Virus genome (UHGV): UHGV-0122684
Strand: one strand, 5' to 3'
DNA: 17,890 nt
From: a virus
Shown: positions 1 to 6,768 of the stretch, one piece after another
Layout of the letters: every line of letters starts with the position of its first letter
How positions within the stretch are numbered: the stretch's first letter is position 1
Program-made: the position numbers and the translations under genes
The notes under the pieces: generated by a model
Told to the model about the DNA's origin: nothing
What the model saw: the letters and a program-made list of their open reading frames with translations, nothing else
Databases searched by the model: none

Positions 1-196
1 CAGCCTCATCACGGGCAATTATGCGCCCTTGTTCAATCATGCGGGCAGCGGTCTGTGCGTTCGCTGTTTGCGATGATTCCACGCTGTCACGTTCCGCCCA
101 CTTTTTTTCCCACCCGCGACTGCTCCATACACTGCCGGCGATGAATGCGACGGCCACCAGCAGCAACCCAACAACAATCTGGTGTTTCGGGTTCAT
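1..196 (-). CDS. Rz-like i-spanin, N-terminal part (gene runs off the window start)
   Basis: ATG at 194-196 (minus) overlaps the endolysin stop codon (196-198) by 1 nt. My translation of the reverse complement reads [65 protein letters not shown]: short N-terminus, one hydrophobic helix, then a charged/Gln-Ala-rich segment. This and the position after holin-endolysin match the Rz architecture. Not in the ORF track because it is truncated. Confidence 0.6.
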   Translation of the reverse strand, partial: MNPKHQIVVGLLLVAVAFIAGSVWSSRGWEKKWAERDSVESSQTANAQTAARMIEQGRIIARDEA

Positions 197-768
197 CAAA
201 ATACCCCCGAAACTGATACTGGAATGCCTGGGTTAAGCGGCTCATATCCATCACTCAGATTTTGTGATTTCTCAGCCCACAGACAAACTTCACGCTCAAT
301 CTCACGCCGGGTGATTAACCCCTTCCACTGTTTGCCACCGGCATATGTCCAGCGCCGTAATTGTTCGCAAGCCCCTTTTGTGTCGCCCAGGTTGATTTTG
401 CGTAGCAGCGTGGAGGTTTTGAAGTTGCCAGCACCGACGTTGTACGCGAATGAGTAAAGTGCACCCCGCATTGTTGCCGGGATCGGAACCTTGATGTAGG
501 GGTCAATCTGACGTGCGATGGTATTCAGATCTTTTGTGAGCAGAATGGCACACTCTGTCTCGGTGTACGTCTTCCCGATTTTGACGTCGCTGCCAGTGTG
601 CCCGTAGCATACCGTCCACACCCCAACAACATCCCGATAAGGCTGATAGCGCACTCCTTCAAGGCCATCATTACCCGTTGGACCAATAATCAACGCCGCT
701 GCGATAGCAATAGCGCCAGCGGGTATAGCTGCAATAACGCTATTCTTCAGCTTTGGTGACATTGCCAT
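196..768 (-). CDS. SAR endolysin (phage lysozyme, T4-lysozyme-like fold, P21 R-like)
   Basis: 190-aa ORF. N-terminal Gly/Ala-rich weakly hydrophobic segment ([20 protein letters not shown]) typical of a signal-anchor-release domain, followed by GNDGLEG...D...T catalytic region and the conserved YNVGAGNF / [15 protein letters not shown] / TRREIERE motifs. Start overlaps the holin 3' end. C-terminus is about 25 aa longer than I recall for P21 R. Confidence 0.9.
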   Translation of the reverse strand: MAMSPKLKNSVIAAIPAGAIAIAAALIIGPTGNDGLEGVRYQPYRDVVGVWTVCYGHTGSDVKIGKTYTETECAILLTKDLNTIARQIDPYIKVPIPATMRGALYSFAYNVGAGNFKTSTLLRKINLGDTKGACEQLRRWTYAGGKQWKGLITRREIEREVCLWAEKSQNLSDGYEPLNPGIPVSVSGVF

Positions 769-1018
769 TAAGCCGGTCCTCCCTTTCCTTTTTCCTGTAG
801 TACCAGTTCACTGCACAGGTGATAACAGTGCATGAGATACCGACAATAATTGCCCAGTCGCTCAGGCTTAACCCTGCAATTCTGTCGGCCAACATCCAGG
901 ACACCTCTTTTGCTGTTTTAGCTGTTTCGGCATATGCCTTCGCTGATACACCGCAGCCGGTCAGCGTGGTTCCTGTTCCATATGAAAGTCTGCTGTAAAT
1001 GGTGCTCATTCTGGTCAT
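740..1018 (-). CDS. holin, pinholin-like, with dual-start motif
   Basis: 92-aa ORF directly upstream of and overlapping the SAR endolysin. Has a weak Gly/Thr-rich hydrophobic segment, a strong TM helix ([20 protein letters not shown]) and a charged C-tail (RKKEREDR). Strong SD (GGAGGTGA) precedes the ATG at 1016-1018. N-terminus MTRM gives two in-frame starts separated by a basic residue, as in holin/antiholin pairs. Confidence 0.7.
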   Translation of the reverse strand: MTRMSTIYSRLSYGTGTTLTGCGVSAKAYAETAKTAKEVSWMLADRIAGLSLSDWAIIVGISCTVITCAVNWYYRKKEREDRLNGNVTKAEE

Positions 1019-1163
1019 AGCCTCACCTCCGATAGTTCGGATGGCGCTGTGTGTGATTGAAGGGGATCAGGCAACCGGGATCTTATGTTCAAGTAAAAAT
1101 TAAGGATGATTCCCGGTGCCTGAAGATGGTGATCACCACAGCAACGGAGAAGCGTGGTGATCG

Positions 1164-2216
1164 TTATGATTTTTTCAGTTTTTCCACCTCTTCGGTGGTC
1201 TGTATAAACCTGTCTTCCTCCAGTTCTACGCCGATCGCCCGACGGCCAAGTTCTATTGCTGCTTTCACAGTTGAACCAGAGCCCATAAAGAAATCGGCAA
1301 CGATATCCCCCGGCCTGCTGCTGGCGCTAATGATCTGCTTCAGCATGTCGGCAGGTTTTTCGCATGGATGTTTGCCCGGATAAAACTGAACAGGCTTATG
1401 CGTCCATACGTCGGTATACGGAACAAGAGCGGAAACAGAGAAACAGCGCCGGAGGGTTTTGTATTCCTCCAGCAATTCTGAATACTTGCGGTTTAATGAC
1501 TGGTAGGTAGCCACCAGCTGATGGTGAGGATGTTCAAGCTTCTGCTGAATGTGCTTATCGATAGCGATCCGCGTGAACAGTTCCTGCAACTTTCTATAGT
1601 CCACTTCATTTGGTAGTTGCCATTGGCTTGCACCAAACCAGTGTGACGCCATGTTTTTCTTGCCGGTTGCCTCAGCTATTTCTTTCGAGCTGACACCCAG
1701 TGATTCACGGGCATTACGGAAGTAATCAATCAGCGGCGTCATAATGTGCTGCTTTAGCTCTGTGCTTTTCCTTTCGTAAACATCCTCTTTACCTGTGTAC
1801 GGCCCAAGATAGTGCTCAGCAAACAAAATCCGTTCCGTAGATGGAAAGTACGCACGCAGGCTTTCTTTGTTACATCCATTCCAGCGGCCCGATGGTTTTG
1901 CCCAAATTATGTGATTCAAAACGTTGAACCGGGCACGCATCATAATCTCTATATCTGAGGCCAGTCGGTGACCACAAAACAGGTAAATGCTACCAGCAGG
2001 TTTAAGAACGCGAGCATACTCAGCCAGACAGCTATCAAGCCAGCGTAAGTAGTCCTCGTCCCCCTTCCATTGATTGTCCCAGCCGTTGGGCTTCACTTTG
2101 AAGTACGGCGGATCCGTAACTATCAGATCAATAGAGTTATCCGGGAGGGTGGCGACGTAATGCAGGCTATCAGCGTTGATTAATTCAACACTGTTTATTT
2201 TTACAGTATTTTTCAT
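1164..2216 (-). CDS. DNA methyltransferase, beta-class amino-MTase (probably N6-adenine)
   Basis: 350-aa ORF. Motif IV (DLIVTDPPYF) near the N-terminus and AdoMet-binding motif I (DIVADFFMGSGST) near the C-terminus, the order typical of beta-class N6A/N4C methyltransferases. No adjacent restriction endonuclease, so it looks like an orphan MTase. Confidence 0.85.
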   Translation of the reverse strand: MKNTVKINSVELINADSLHYVATLPDNSIDLIVTDPPYFKVKPNGWDNQWKGDEDYLRWLDSCLAEYARVLKPAGSIYLFCGHRLASDIEIMMRARFNVLNHIIWAKPSGRWNGCNKESLRAYFPSTERILFAEHYLGPYTGKEDVYERKSTELKQHIMTPLIDYFRNARESLGVSSKEIAEATGKKNMASHWFGASQWQLPNEVDYRKLQELFTRIAIDKHIQQKLEHPHHQLVATYQSLNRKYSELLEEYKTLRRCFSVSALVPYTDVWTHKPVQFYPGKHPCEKPADMLKQIISASSRPGDIVADFFMGSGSTVKAAIELGRRAIGVELEEDRFIQTTEEVEKLKKS

Positions 2217-2366
2217 AGATCAGTAAGCGTAACTCTGATAGGCTCACGTTGCTTTTGCGCTAAAGCAGTGGGCCTTGGTTAGCTTGTGACCTGAAAGCAT
2301 GAGCTGATGGCTGGCCGGGTGCGCTAACACCCACCAGCCGCCCATTTCCACAGCAGAATGCCCCCA

Positions 2367-2558
2367 TTACTGGAGGCGTTTATAACATCCAAACTGGTAA
2401 TCAGATAAACCCGCCATCACCAGCTGTGTGAGTATGAGCTGGCAACGTTCTCGGCTAAGGTGGGTATTCTGTGCAATCTCCCCAGCCGTTGCTGGTTTAT
2501 CGCTTAACTCATTGAAAACAGCCTTCGCGGTTTCTGTCATATCTTCCTGATTTAGCAT
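2367..2558 (-). CDS. small winged-helix-like DNA-binding protein (hypothetical)
   Basis: 63-aa ORF, first ORF after the late-promoter terminator. AGGTAAAAG SD-like sequence upstream of the ATG at 2556-2558. The helix-turn-helix-like segment TAGEIAQNTHLSRERCQLILTQL resembles the wHTH of the 84-aa ORF at 14047-14301. Confidence 0.5.
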   Translation of the reverse strand: MLNQEDMTETAKAVFNELSDKPATAGEIAQNTHLSRERCQLILTQLVMAGLSDYQFGCYKRLQ

Positions 2559-2680
2559 GTCTTTTACCTAAAATTATTTGCGTGACATACAGATAACTCT
2601 GGTTGGCGACACCAGCAAGAGAAGAATTCCATTCTGCGACCACCAGCGCCTTTATGCGCCGCGCATGGCTAAATTGCCAT

Positions 2681-2706
2681 AAAAAAACCCGCTCATTGGC
2701 GGGTTT
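2681..2706 (-). terminator. rho-independent terminator (tR'-like) ending a short late leader RNA
   Basis: On the minus strand: AAACCCGCC-AATGA-GCGGGTTT hairpin followed by a T run (the A run at 2681-2687 on the plus strand). Sits about 35-50 nt downstream of the predicted late promoter and upstream of the first late ORF, as lambda tR' does. Confidence 0.6.
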
Positions 2707-2724
2707 ATAAAACTTTGGCAACAT

Positions 2725-2770
2725 ATCAAATATGCTTCAAATATGGCTTATTTTGTTGCATTTTGCAAGC
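2725..2770 (-). promoter_or_regulatory. candidate late promoter pR' with a duplicated -10-like (pause/qut-like) element
   Basis: Minus strand reads TTGCAA (plus 2763-2768) ...CATATTTGAAGCATATTTGATATG. That is a -35-like hexamer, then two tandem copies of CATATTTGA about 12 nt apart. The first is a plausible -10; the second is a -10-like element in the initial transcribed region, as needed for sigma70-dependent promoter-proximal pausing at Q-dependent promoters. Hexamer assignment is tentative. Confidence 0.4.
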
Positions 2771-2798
2771 GCGTTTGAAGGAGATAGTGAAATTTACT

Positions 2799-3488
2799 TC
2801 ACATTTCTGCCACTTTGAGGGCTTCTTCTTCCTCATAGTATTCAAGAGCCATTGCCAACGCAGATTCATCAAGCTGGGTAAAAGCGGCCTTTAACCCAGC
2901 CCAGTGCCCTGAATAGACACGCAACCATGTCGAACGGTCAACGCTAACCATGCGGGCCAACGCTGCACCAGCATAGTCTTTATAGGTTTCATTATTTCTG
3001 GTTGCGGCAATTTCCTGCCCTGCCAGCCATACCAGGCCAATCAGTTTCTTTACTACGCGCTCCTGAAGGGAATTATCACCCAGGCATTTCTGATAAGTTT
3101 TCCAGACGTATTCACACATCATCACCTGGTGCTTATAGCTAAGGTCAAAACCGTAGCAGTACCGCAACCAGGCCTGCTGGTATCCACTAAGCGCGGACAC
3201 TGCCCTACGCCACGGCGCGGACTCAAATTCCGCATCTTTTATCGGCGGCATTGGCCTGCGGCGGCTGCGTGTTTCCAGCACATACAGTGGCGCGGAAAGC
3301 AAGTTAACAAAGCGTGGCCCCTTCTCTCCTTCGAGTTCGACGAGATGAATTCCACGGCGCGGGGTGGCATTTTTGTCTGCTGGTGGGTGTTCACTGAAAG
3401 CCTCAAGCTGCCCTTTTGTTCCCCCAGAGAGGTCAGGTAGCGCGCGGCGCAATTCTATTCTTACAAAATTCAGGTCTTGTTGATTCAT
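2799..3488 (-). CDS. putative late-gene antiterminator (Q-like; by position, not sequence-verified)
   Basis: About 229 aa from the ATG at 3486-3488 (GGAG 11 nt upstream); the ORF track extends it to a GTG at 3509. Lies immediately after a DUF968 gene and immediately before a promoter, short leader and terminator followed by lysis genes, which is the canonical Q - pR' - tR' arrangement. Family assignment rests on synteny and size only. Confidence 0.5.
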   Translation of the reverse strand: MNQQDLNFVRIELRRALPDLSGGTKGQLEAFSEHPPADKNATPRRGIHLVELEGEKGPRFVNLLSAPLYVLETRSRRRPMPPIKDAEFESAPWRRAVSALSGYQQAWLRYCYGFDLSYKHQVMMCEYVWKTYQKCLGDNSLQERVVKKLIGLVWLAGQEIAATRNNETYKDYAGAALARMVSVDRSTWLRVYSGHWAGLKAAFTQLDESALAMALEYYEEEEALKVAEM

Positions 3489-3509
3489 GCTTCTTTGCGC
3501 TCCATACAC

Positions 3510-4565
3510 TTAAGCTTTCGCAATTACGCCGATCGCCAGCGCCCGATCCATAAAACGCAGTAGCAGCTCAAGCTGCGTACCATGCTTCTGCTCGAATGCC
3601 GGTACATCGGCGTGCAGCTCATCGTGGCACTCTCTGCACAGAGGGATCACGAAGAGGTCATGGGCTTTTGTTGCTGTACCACCCATACCGTGCCCTACGA
3701 TATGGTGCGGATCATCTGCTGGCCGTCGGCAACACTCACACGGTTGTGTTTTAACCCAGCGGGTGTACGTATCATTTACCCAGCGGCGACGTTTTGGCCT
3801 GAGCATGAAAGACTCCGGAGACTCCGGATCGACGGTTAACGTCAGTATTGGCTTTTGGGTTTCCACATCCAGGCTGTCTGACCGCCGAGCTGGTAACGTT
3901 TCAATCGGCCTGACTTTTTCCTGCATAATGCTGGTGGCCGGCGGCATAGGTACGATGTCACTTTCCCGGTAAACAGATAATAATGGTTCGTCTGGCAACC
4001 GTAGTGCCCGTTGCGCCATTCCTTCAGTGACGGCATCAGCGACACCTGACTGAACAGCCCACCAGCAAAGCTCGGCTAAAGAGAGGGAGCGCTCTTTGTT
4101 GTAGCCAAGCCCAACCAGTACGGTATCAATAACCCACTCGGCAACATTGCTCAGGGCAAGCGCCTGCAGCCTCTCCGTAGTCTGCCCACGCAATTTGTTA
4201 TCGCAATGCCAGCACACCACCAGCGCGCCAGGCGGATGCCATAGTGTTGTGAGCTCGGCATGATGGTAGTCAGAAACAGGGTACTGGCACTTTTTAACGC
4301 GCTGACGAAGCCAGTACTCAAGCCCGGACATACCACCAGCAGCAGTAATGACCCGTTCATCGGTAAAGAAAGTGTGAAGGCTGGCATCATCCAGTAGCGG
4401 TTGCTGTGCATCGGGGATCCGACCAGACGGAAGCCGGGCCATGTTTTCTGGCTCCCGTTCAACCAGCACGCGACCTGATGCAAACAGGGGCATTAACTCC
4501 CGTCCTGGCTTGAACAGCACCACGCCAAGGCGTGGCACCATTTCAGGGGTAAGTAAGGCTCTCAA
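3510..4565 (-). CDS. DUF968-like phage protein with C-terminal HNH/zinc-finger-like Cys/His motif
   Basis: 351-aa ORF abutting the Q-like gene. C-terminal region CECCRRP...HHIVGHGMGG...CRECHDELH resembles an HNH-type metal-binding nuclease motif. Size and position upstream of Q match what I recall for YdfU-like DUF968 proteins in the E. coli Qin prophage (from memory). Confidence 0.7.
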   Translation of the reverse strand: MRALLTPEMVPRLGVVLFKPGRELMPLFASGRVLVEREPENMARLPSGRIPDAQQPLLDDASLHTFFTDERVITAAGGMSGLEYWLRQRVKKCQYPVSDYHHAELTTLWHPPGALVVCWHCDNKLRGQTTERLQALALSNVAEWVIDTVLVGLGYNKERSLSLAELCWWAVQSGVADAVTEGMAQRALRLPDEPLLSVYRESDIVPMPPATSIMQEKVRPIETLPARRSDSLDVETQKPILTLTVDPESPESFMLRPKRRRWVNDTYTRWVKTQPCECCRRPADDPHHIVGHGMGGTATKAHDLFVIPLCRECHDELHADVPAFEQKHGTQLELLLRFMDRALAIGVIAKA

Positions 4566-4575
4566 TGCCCACCCC

Positions 4576-5097
4576 TTATACCGTCAGATCTTTAAATTTC
4601 TGTACGGCCTTCCCCATGTCCGCCATAGCATCCACAAACTCATCAAACTTACGGCTTGCCATTCCATAAGCCTGGAGGATTTCAAGCTTCAGAGGATCGA
4701 GTTGCTTTTTTATTTCAGCGCGGTCACCTGCCTTTTTTTCAGCTTCTTCAGCGGCACGAATGAGGGCTTCAGCCTGCTTGCGTAATTCTTCAGGGGTCAC
4801 GGTTGGCTTATTCATAGTGGCTTCCTTCAATGTCTTCGACGACGCAATAACCGGCGCCACGGATTTATGACCAAACTTAGGGTGATGCAGGGTTGTTGTC
4901 CTGCCGTCATCAGTAATGCAGAGCAGGCTGTTTTCGCGGATGATATCGATCAGGTTTTCTTTATCCTTCCGGCTCAACGAGCTATATGCTGATACTTTGT
5001 GCGTCAGATGGGTGAGCGTTGCCCCATCAGGTTGTTTTTCAACAAACCGTTTAACCCTGGACAATACAGGCTGAAAGTGCGGAGGGGTCACTCTCAC
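4576..5097 (-). CDS. hypothetical two-part protein (N-terminal wHTH-like region, C-terminal coiled-coil-like region)
   Basis: 173-aa ORF whose ATG overlaps the stop of the upstream antirepressor gene (ATGA at 5094-5097). An internal in-frame ATG at 4813-4815 is preceded by a strong SD (GAAGGAAG), so a separately translated 78-aa C-terminal product is possible. Confidence 0.55.
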   Translation of the reverse strand: MRVTPPHFQPVLSRVKRFVEKQPDGATLTHLTHKVSAYSSLSRKDKENLIDIIRENSLLCITDDGRTTTLHHPKFGHKSVAPVIASSKTLKEATMNKPTVTPEELRKQAEALIRAAEEAEKKAGDRAEIKKQLDPLKLEILQAYGMASRKFDEFVDAMADMGKAVQKFKDLTV

Positions 5098-5915
5098 TGG
5101 AGACCCCCTGCTAAATCTTTATCGTGGGTAAAACTACCGTTCCAGGTGACCTTCATCGGAAGCTTCCCCTTCAGGTAGTTTTTGTACAGCCAGACAGCGC
5201 CTTCACGCAGCAGGACGGGCTGGTAGGTAGTAAAGCTCACCGCAGAGTTTGGCGATACTTTACTGCTTTTCTCGGTGAGGTATTTGTCGCGGGCATACGA
5301 ACGAACACGCCACTGTGCACTGCGGCCTTCGGGATTGTCGTCGTACAGCCAGTTAGCAGAGACAAGCCAGGCACTGATCTTGGAGGTATTCACACCATTC
5401 AAACGCTTACAGAACTGTACAGGGGAAAGCCCGTCAGTGAAGAGACTCTCGAGATGCTCGATATATTCGGCCTGCTGGTGGGTAACTGTTTCCGCGCGCT
5501 GCCTGGCTTCAAATTCATCAGCCCATGCTCTCGCAGCCTGTGCCGGATCAGAGAAATTTGGTAATGATGGTGTACCAACTCGCATTTTCGCTTGTTGTTC
5601 GCATGTGATGAAATAACGACGAACCTGACGACCCTTCTCGTTTCTCTCCACCATCGCCAGTTCTTTACCCATATCAATGGTGATCAGGTAATCAACGGTT
5701 GGGCGTCCACCGAGGGGGTTCTCGCCAGAATTGGCGTAAACCACATAATCAGTATTTTCAGCAAAACCATACTGACTGATACGCCCTTTAATCCAGTTGG
5801 TGAAATCACGCCCAACGCCGAGAAAGGCATGTAACCTTTTAGCGCTGACCATCGGGGTTATGTGGTTGCCAATATTGCCCTGAGTGATCGGGATGATCTG
5901 ATGTAGCTGACTCAT
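5094..5915 (-). CDS. phage antirepressor-like protein (AntA/AntB-type N-terminal domain)
   Basis: 273-aa ORF. N-terminus PITQGN...VSAKRLHAFLGVGRDFTNWIKGRISQYGFAENTDYVVYAN matches the AntA/AntB antirepressor domain pattern as I recall it. Start overlaps the stop of the KilA-N gene (5912-5915). Confidence 0.8.
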   Translation of the reverse strand: MSQLHQIIPITQGNIGNHITPMVSAKRLHAFLGVGRDFTNWIKGRISQYGFAENTDYVVYANSGENPLGGRPTVDYLITIDMGKELAMVERNEKGRQVRRYFITCEQQAKMRVGTPSLPNFSDPAQAARAWADEFEARQRAETVTHQQAEYIEHLESLFTDGLSPVQFCKRLNGVNTSKISAWLVSANWLYDDNPEGRSAQWRVRSYARDKYLTEKSSKVSPNSAVSFTTYQPVLLREGAVWLYKNYLKGKLPMKVTWNGSFTHDKDLAGGLQ

Positions 5916-6273
5916 TTTGCCTCCCCGTTGCGCAGATCACTGATAAAAGGGAGATTGCTCAGAACGCGAACATAAAAGTCAGGGCTCAACCAGAGGGCAT
6001 AGGCAAAAACCAACTCCTGAGAGGCGAAAGTACCCTGTAAGACTCCACCGCGAATAACATGCAACTTTTCCCAACGTTCACCAGGGAGAGCATTTAGAAT
6101 TCTTTTTGCAGTTAGCGTCCTGAGATAAAACGCAGGTTTTTTGGACGCAGACCCACCTGAAGCCTTATGAATATCATTGAGACTATAAAGATTTGGTTCG
6201 AATGAGTTGATTAAACATCCATCAACAACAAGATAAGAGTCTTTTTTGGGCGTAGCAGTGCCCATAACATGAT
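5912..6273 (-). CDS. KilA-N domain protein
   Basis: Approx 120 aa from the ATG at 6271-6273, preceded by SD GGAGAG. Contains LNDIHKASGG...AFYLRT...FASQELVFAYALWLSPDFYVRV, matching the KilA-N (APSES-like) pattern. The longer ORF-track version (to 6388) overlaps rusA and lacks an RBS. Confidence 0.65.
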
Positions 6274-6369
6274 GATTGCTCATATTCTCTCCATACTCTG
6301 ATTGTTGCGAAGGGCCTGCACGCCCTTTTCGCTTGCACTTTCCGACATTACTGCCATAACGACCAATAT

Positions 6370-6768
6370 TCAACCCACAGCTGGACATATAACCACCTCT
6401 TTTTTATATGCCGTTATGGTTATCTCAACTTTTCCCTTCGGTACTATCGGTCCCCATTCCACCAGCATGCGCTTAATCTGGCTGTCGTCTTCCCAGACAC
6501 CCGCATGCGTCAGCGCGTCAAACAGGGCTTTGTTGTAATTATCGATATCCCGGCGGCGAGCATCCGGCGGGTACAGCGTGATTTCTACCGCTGCCAGTTC
6601 AGTCGATGGCTTCGGGAGACGTCGTAATTGCTCAATGATCGCCACGCAGGCAGCGCTCTGGTATTTACGGCCATCAGCGCTAATGAGGTGACGACCGGCC
6701 AGCGGCCCCTTGTTAGGGGCGCGCCAGTAAGTGTTCACGCTCGGAGGAAAAGGCAGGACCAGTTTCAC
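6370..6768 (-). CDS. rusA: RusA-family Holliday junction resolvase
   Basis: 132-aa ORF beginning MKLVLPFPPSVNTYW, the characteristic RusA N-terminal motif, with acidic residues further on (DIDNYNKALFDAL). Start overlaps the stop of the upstream 439-aa gene. Confidence 0.85.
   Translation of the reverse strand: MKLVLPFPPSVNTYWRAPNKGPLAGRHLISADGRKYQSAACVAIIEQLRRLPKPSTELAAVEITLYPPDARRRDIDNYNKALFDALTHAGVWEDDSQIKRMLVEWGPIVPKGKVEITITAYKKEVVICPAVG

Noticed and set aside
1-9. Possible embedded Rz1 (o-spanin) start, ATG in the +1 frame at 7-9 on the minus strand
   Set aside because: Only the start codon and two codons (M-R-L) are inside the window. It cannot be supported without the downstream sequence.
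21-457. Plus-strand ORFs 21-236 and 182-457
   Set aside because: They are antisense to the Rz and endolysin genes, which have strong motif support. No RBS and the sequences are not protein-like.
1057-1383. Plus-strand ORF 1057-1383 and similar antisense ORFs elsewhere (3129-3440, 3582-3972, 5124-5616, 6853-7245, 7246-7547, 12757-13199, 14205-14771, 15199-15686, 16048-16527)
   Set aside because: All lie opposite well-supported genes, are low-complexity or Arg/Ser/Cys-rich, and lack ribosome-binding sites. They are the usual shadow ORFs.
6195-6203. tRNA T-loop-like motifs GGTTCGAAT (6195-6203) and GTTCGAATA (about 9888-9896)
   Set aside because: Both lie inside protein-coding genes with no surrounding cloverleaf (acceptor or anticodon stems). 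Chance matches.
6274-6388. N-terminal extension of the KilA-N ORF to 6388
   Set aside because: It overlaps the rusA 3' end in another frame, has no RBS, and the internal ATG at 6271-6273 has a good SD.
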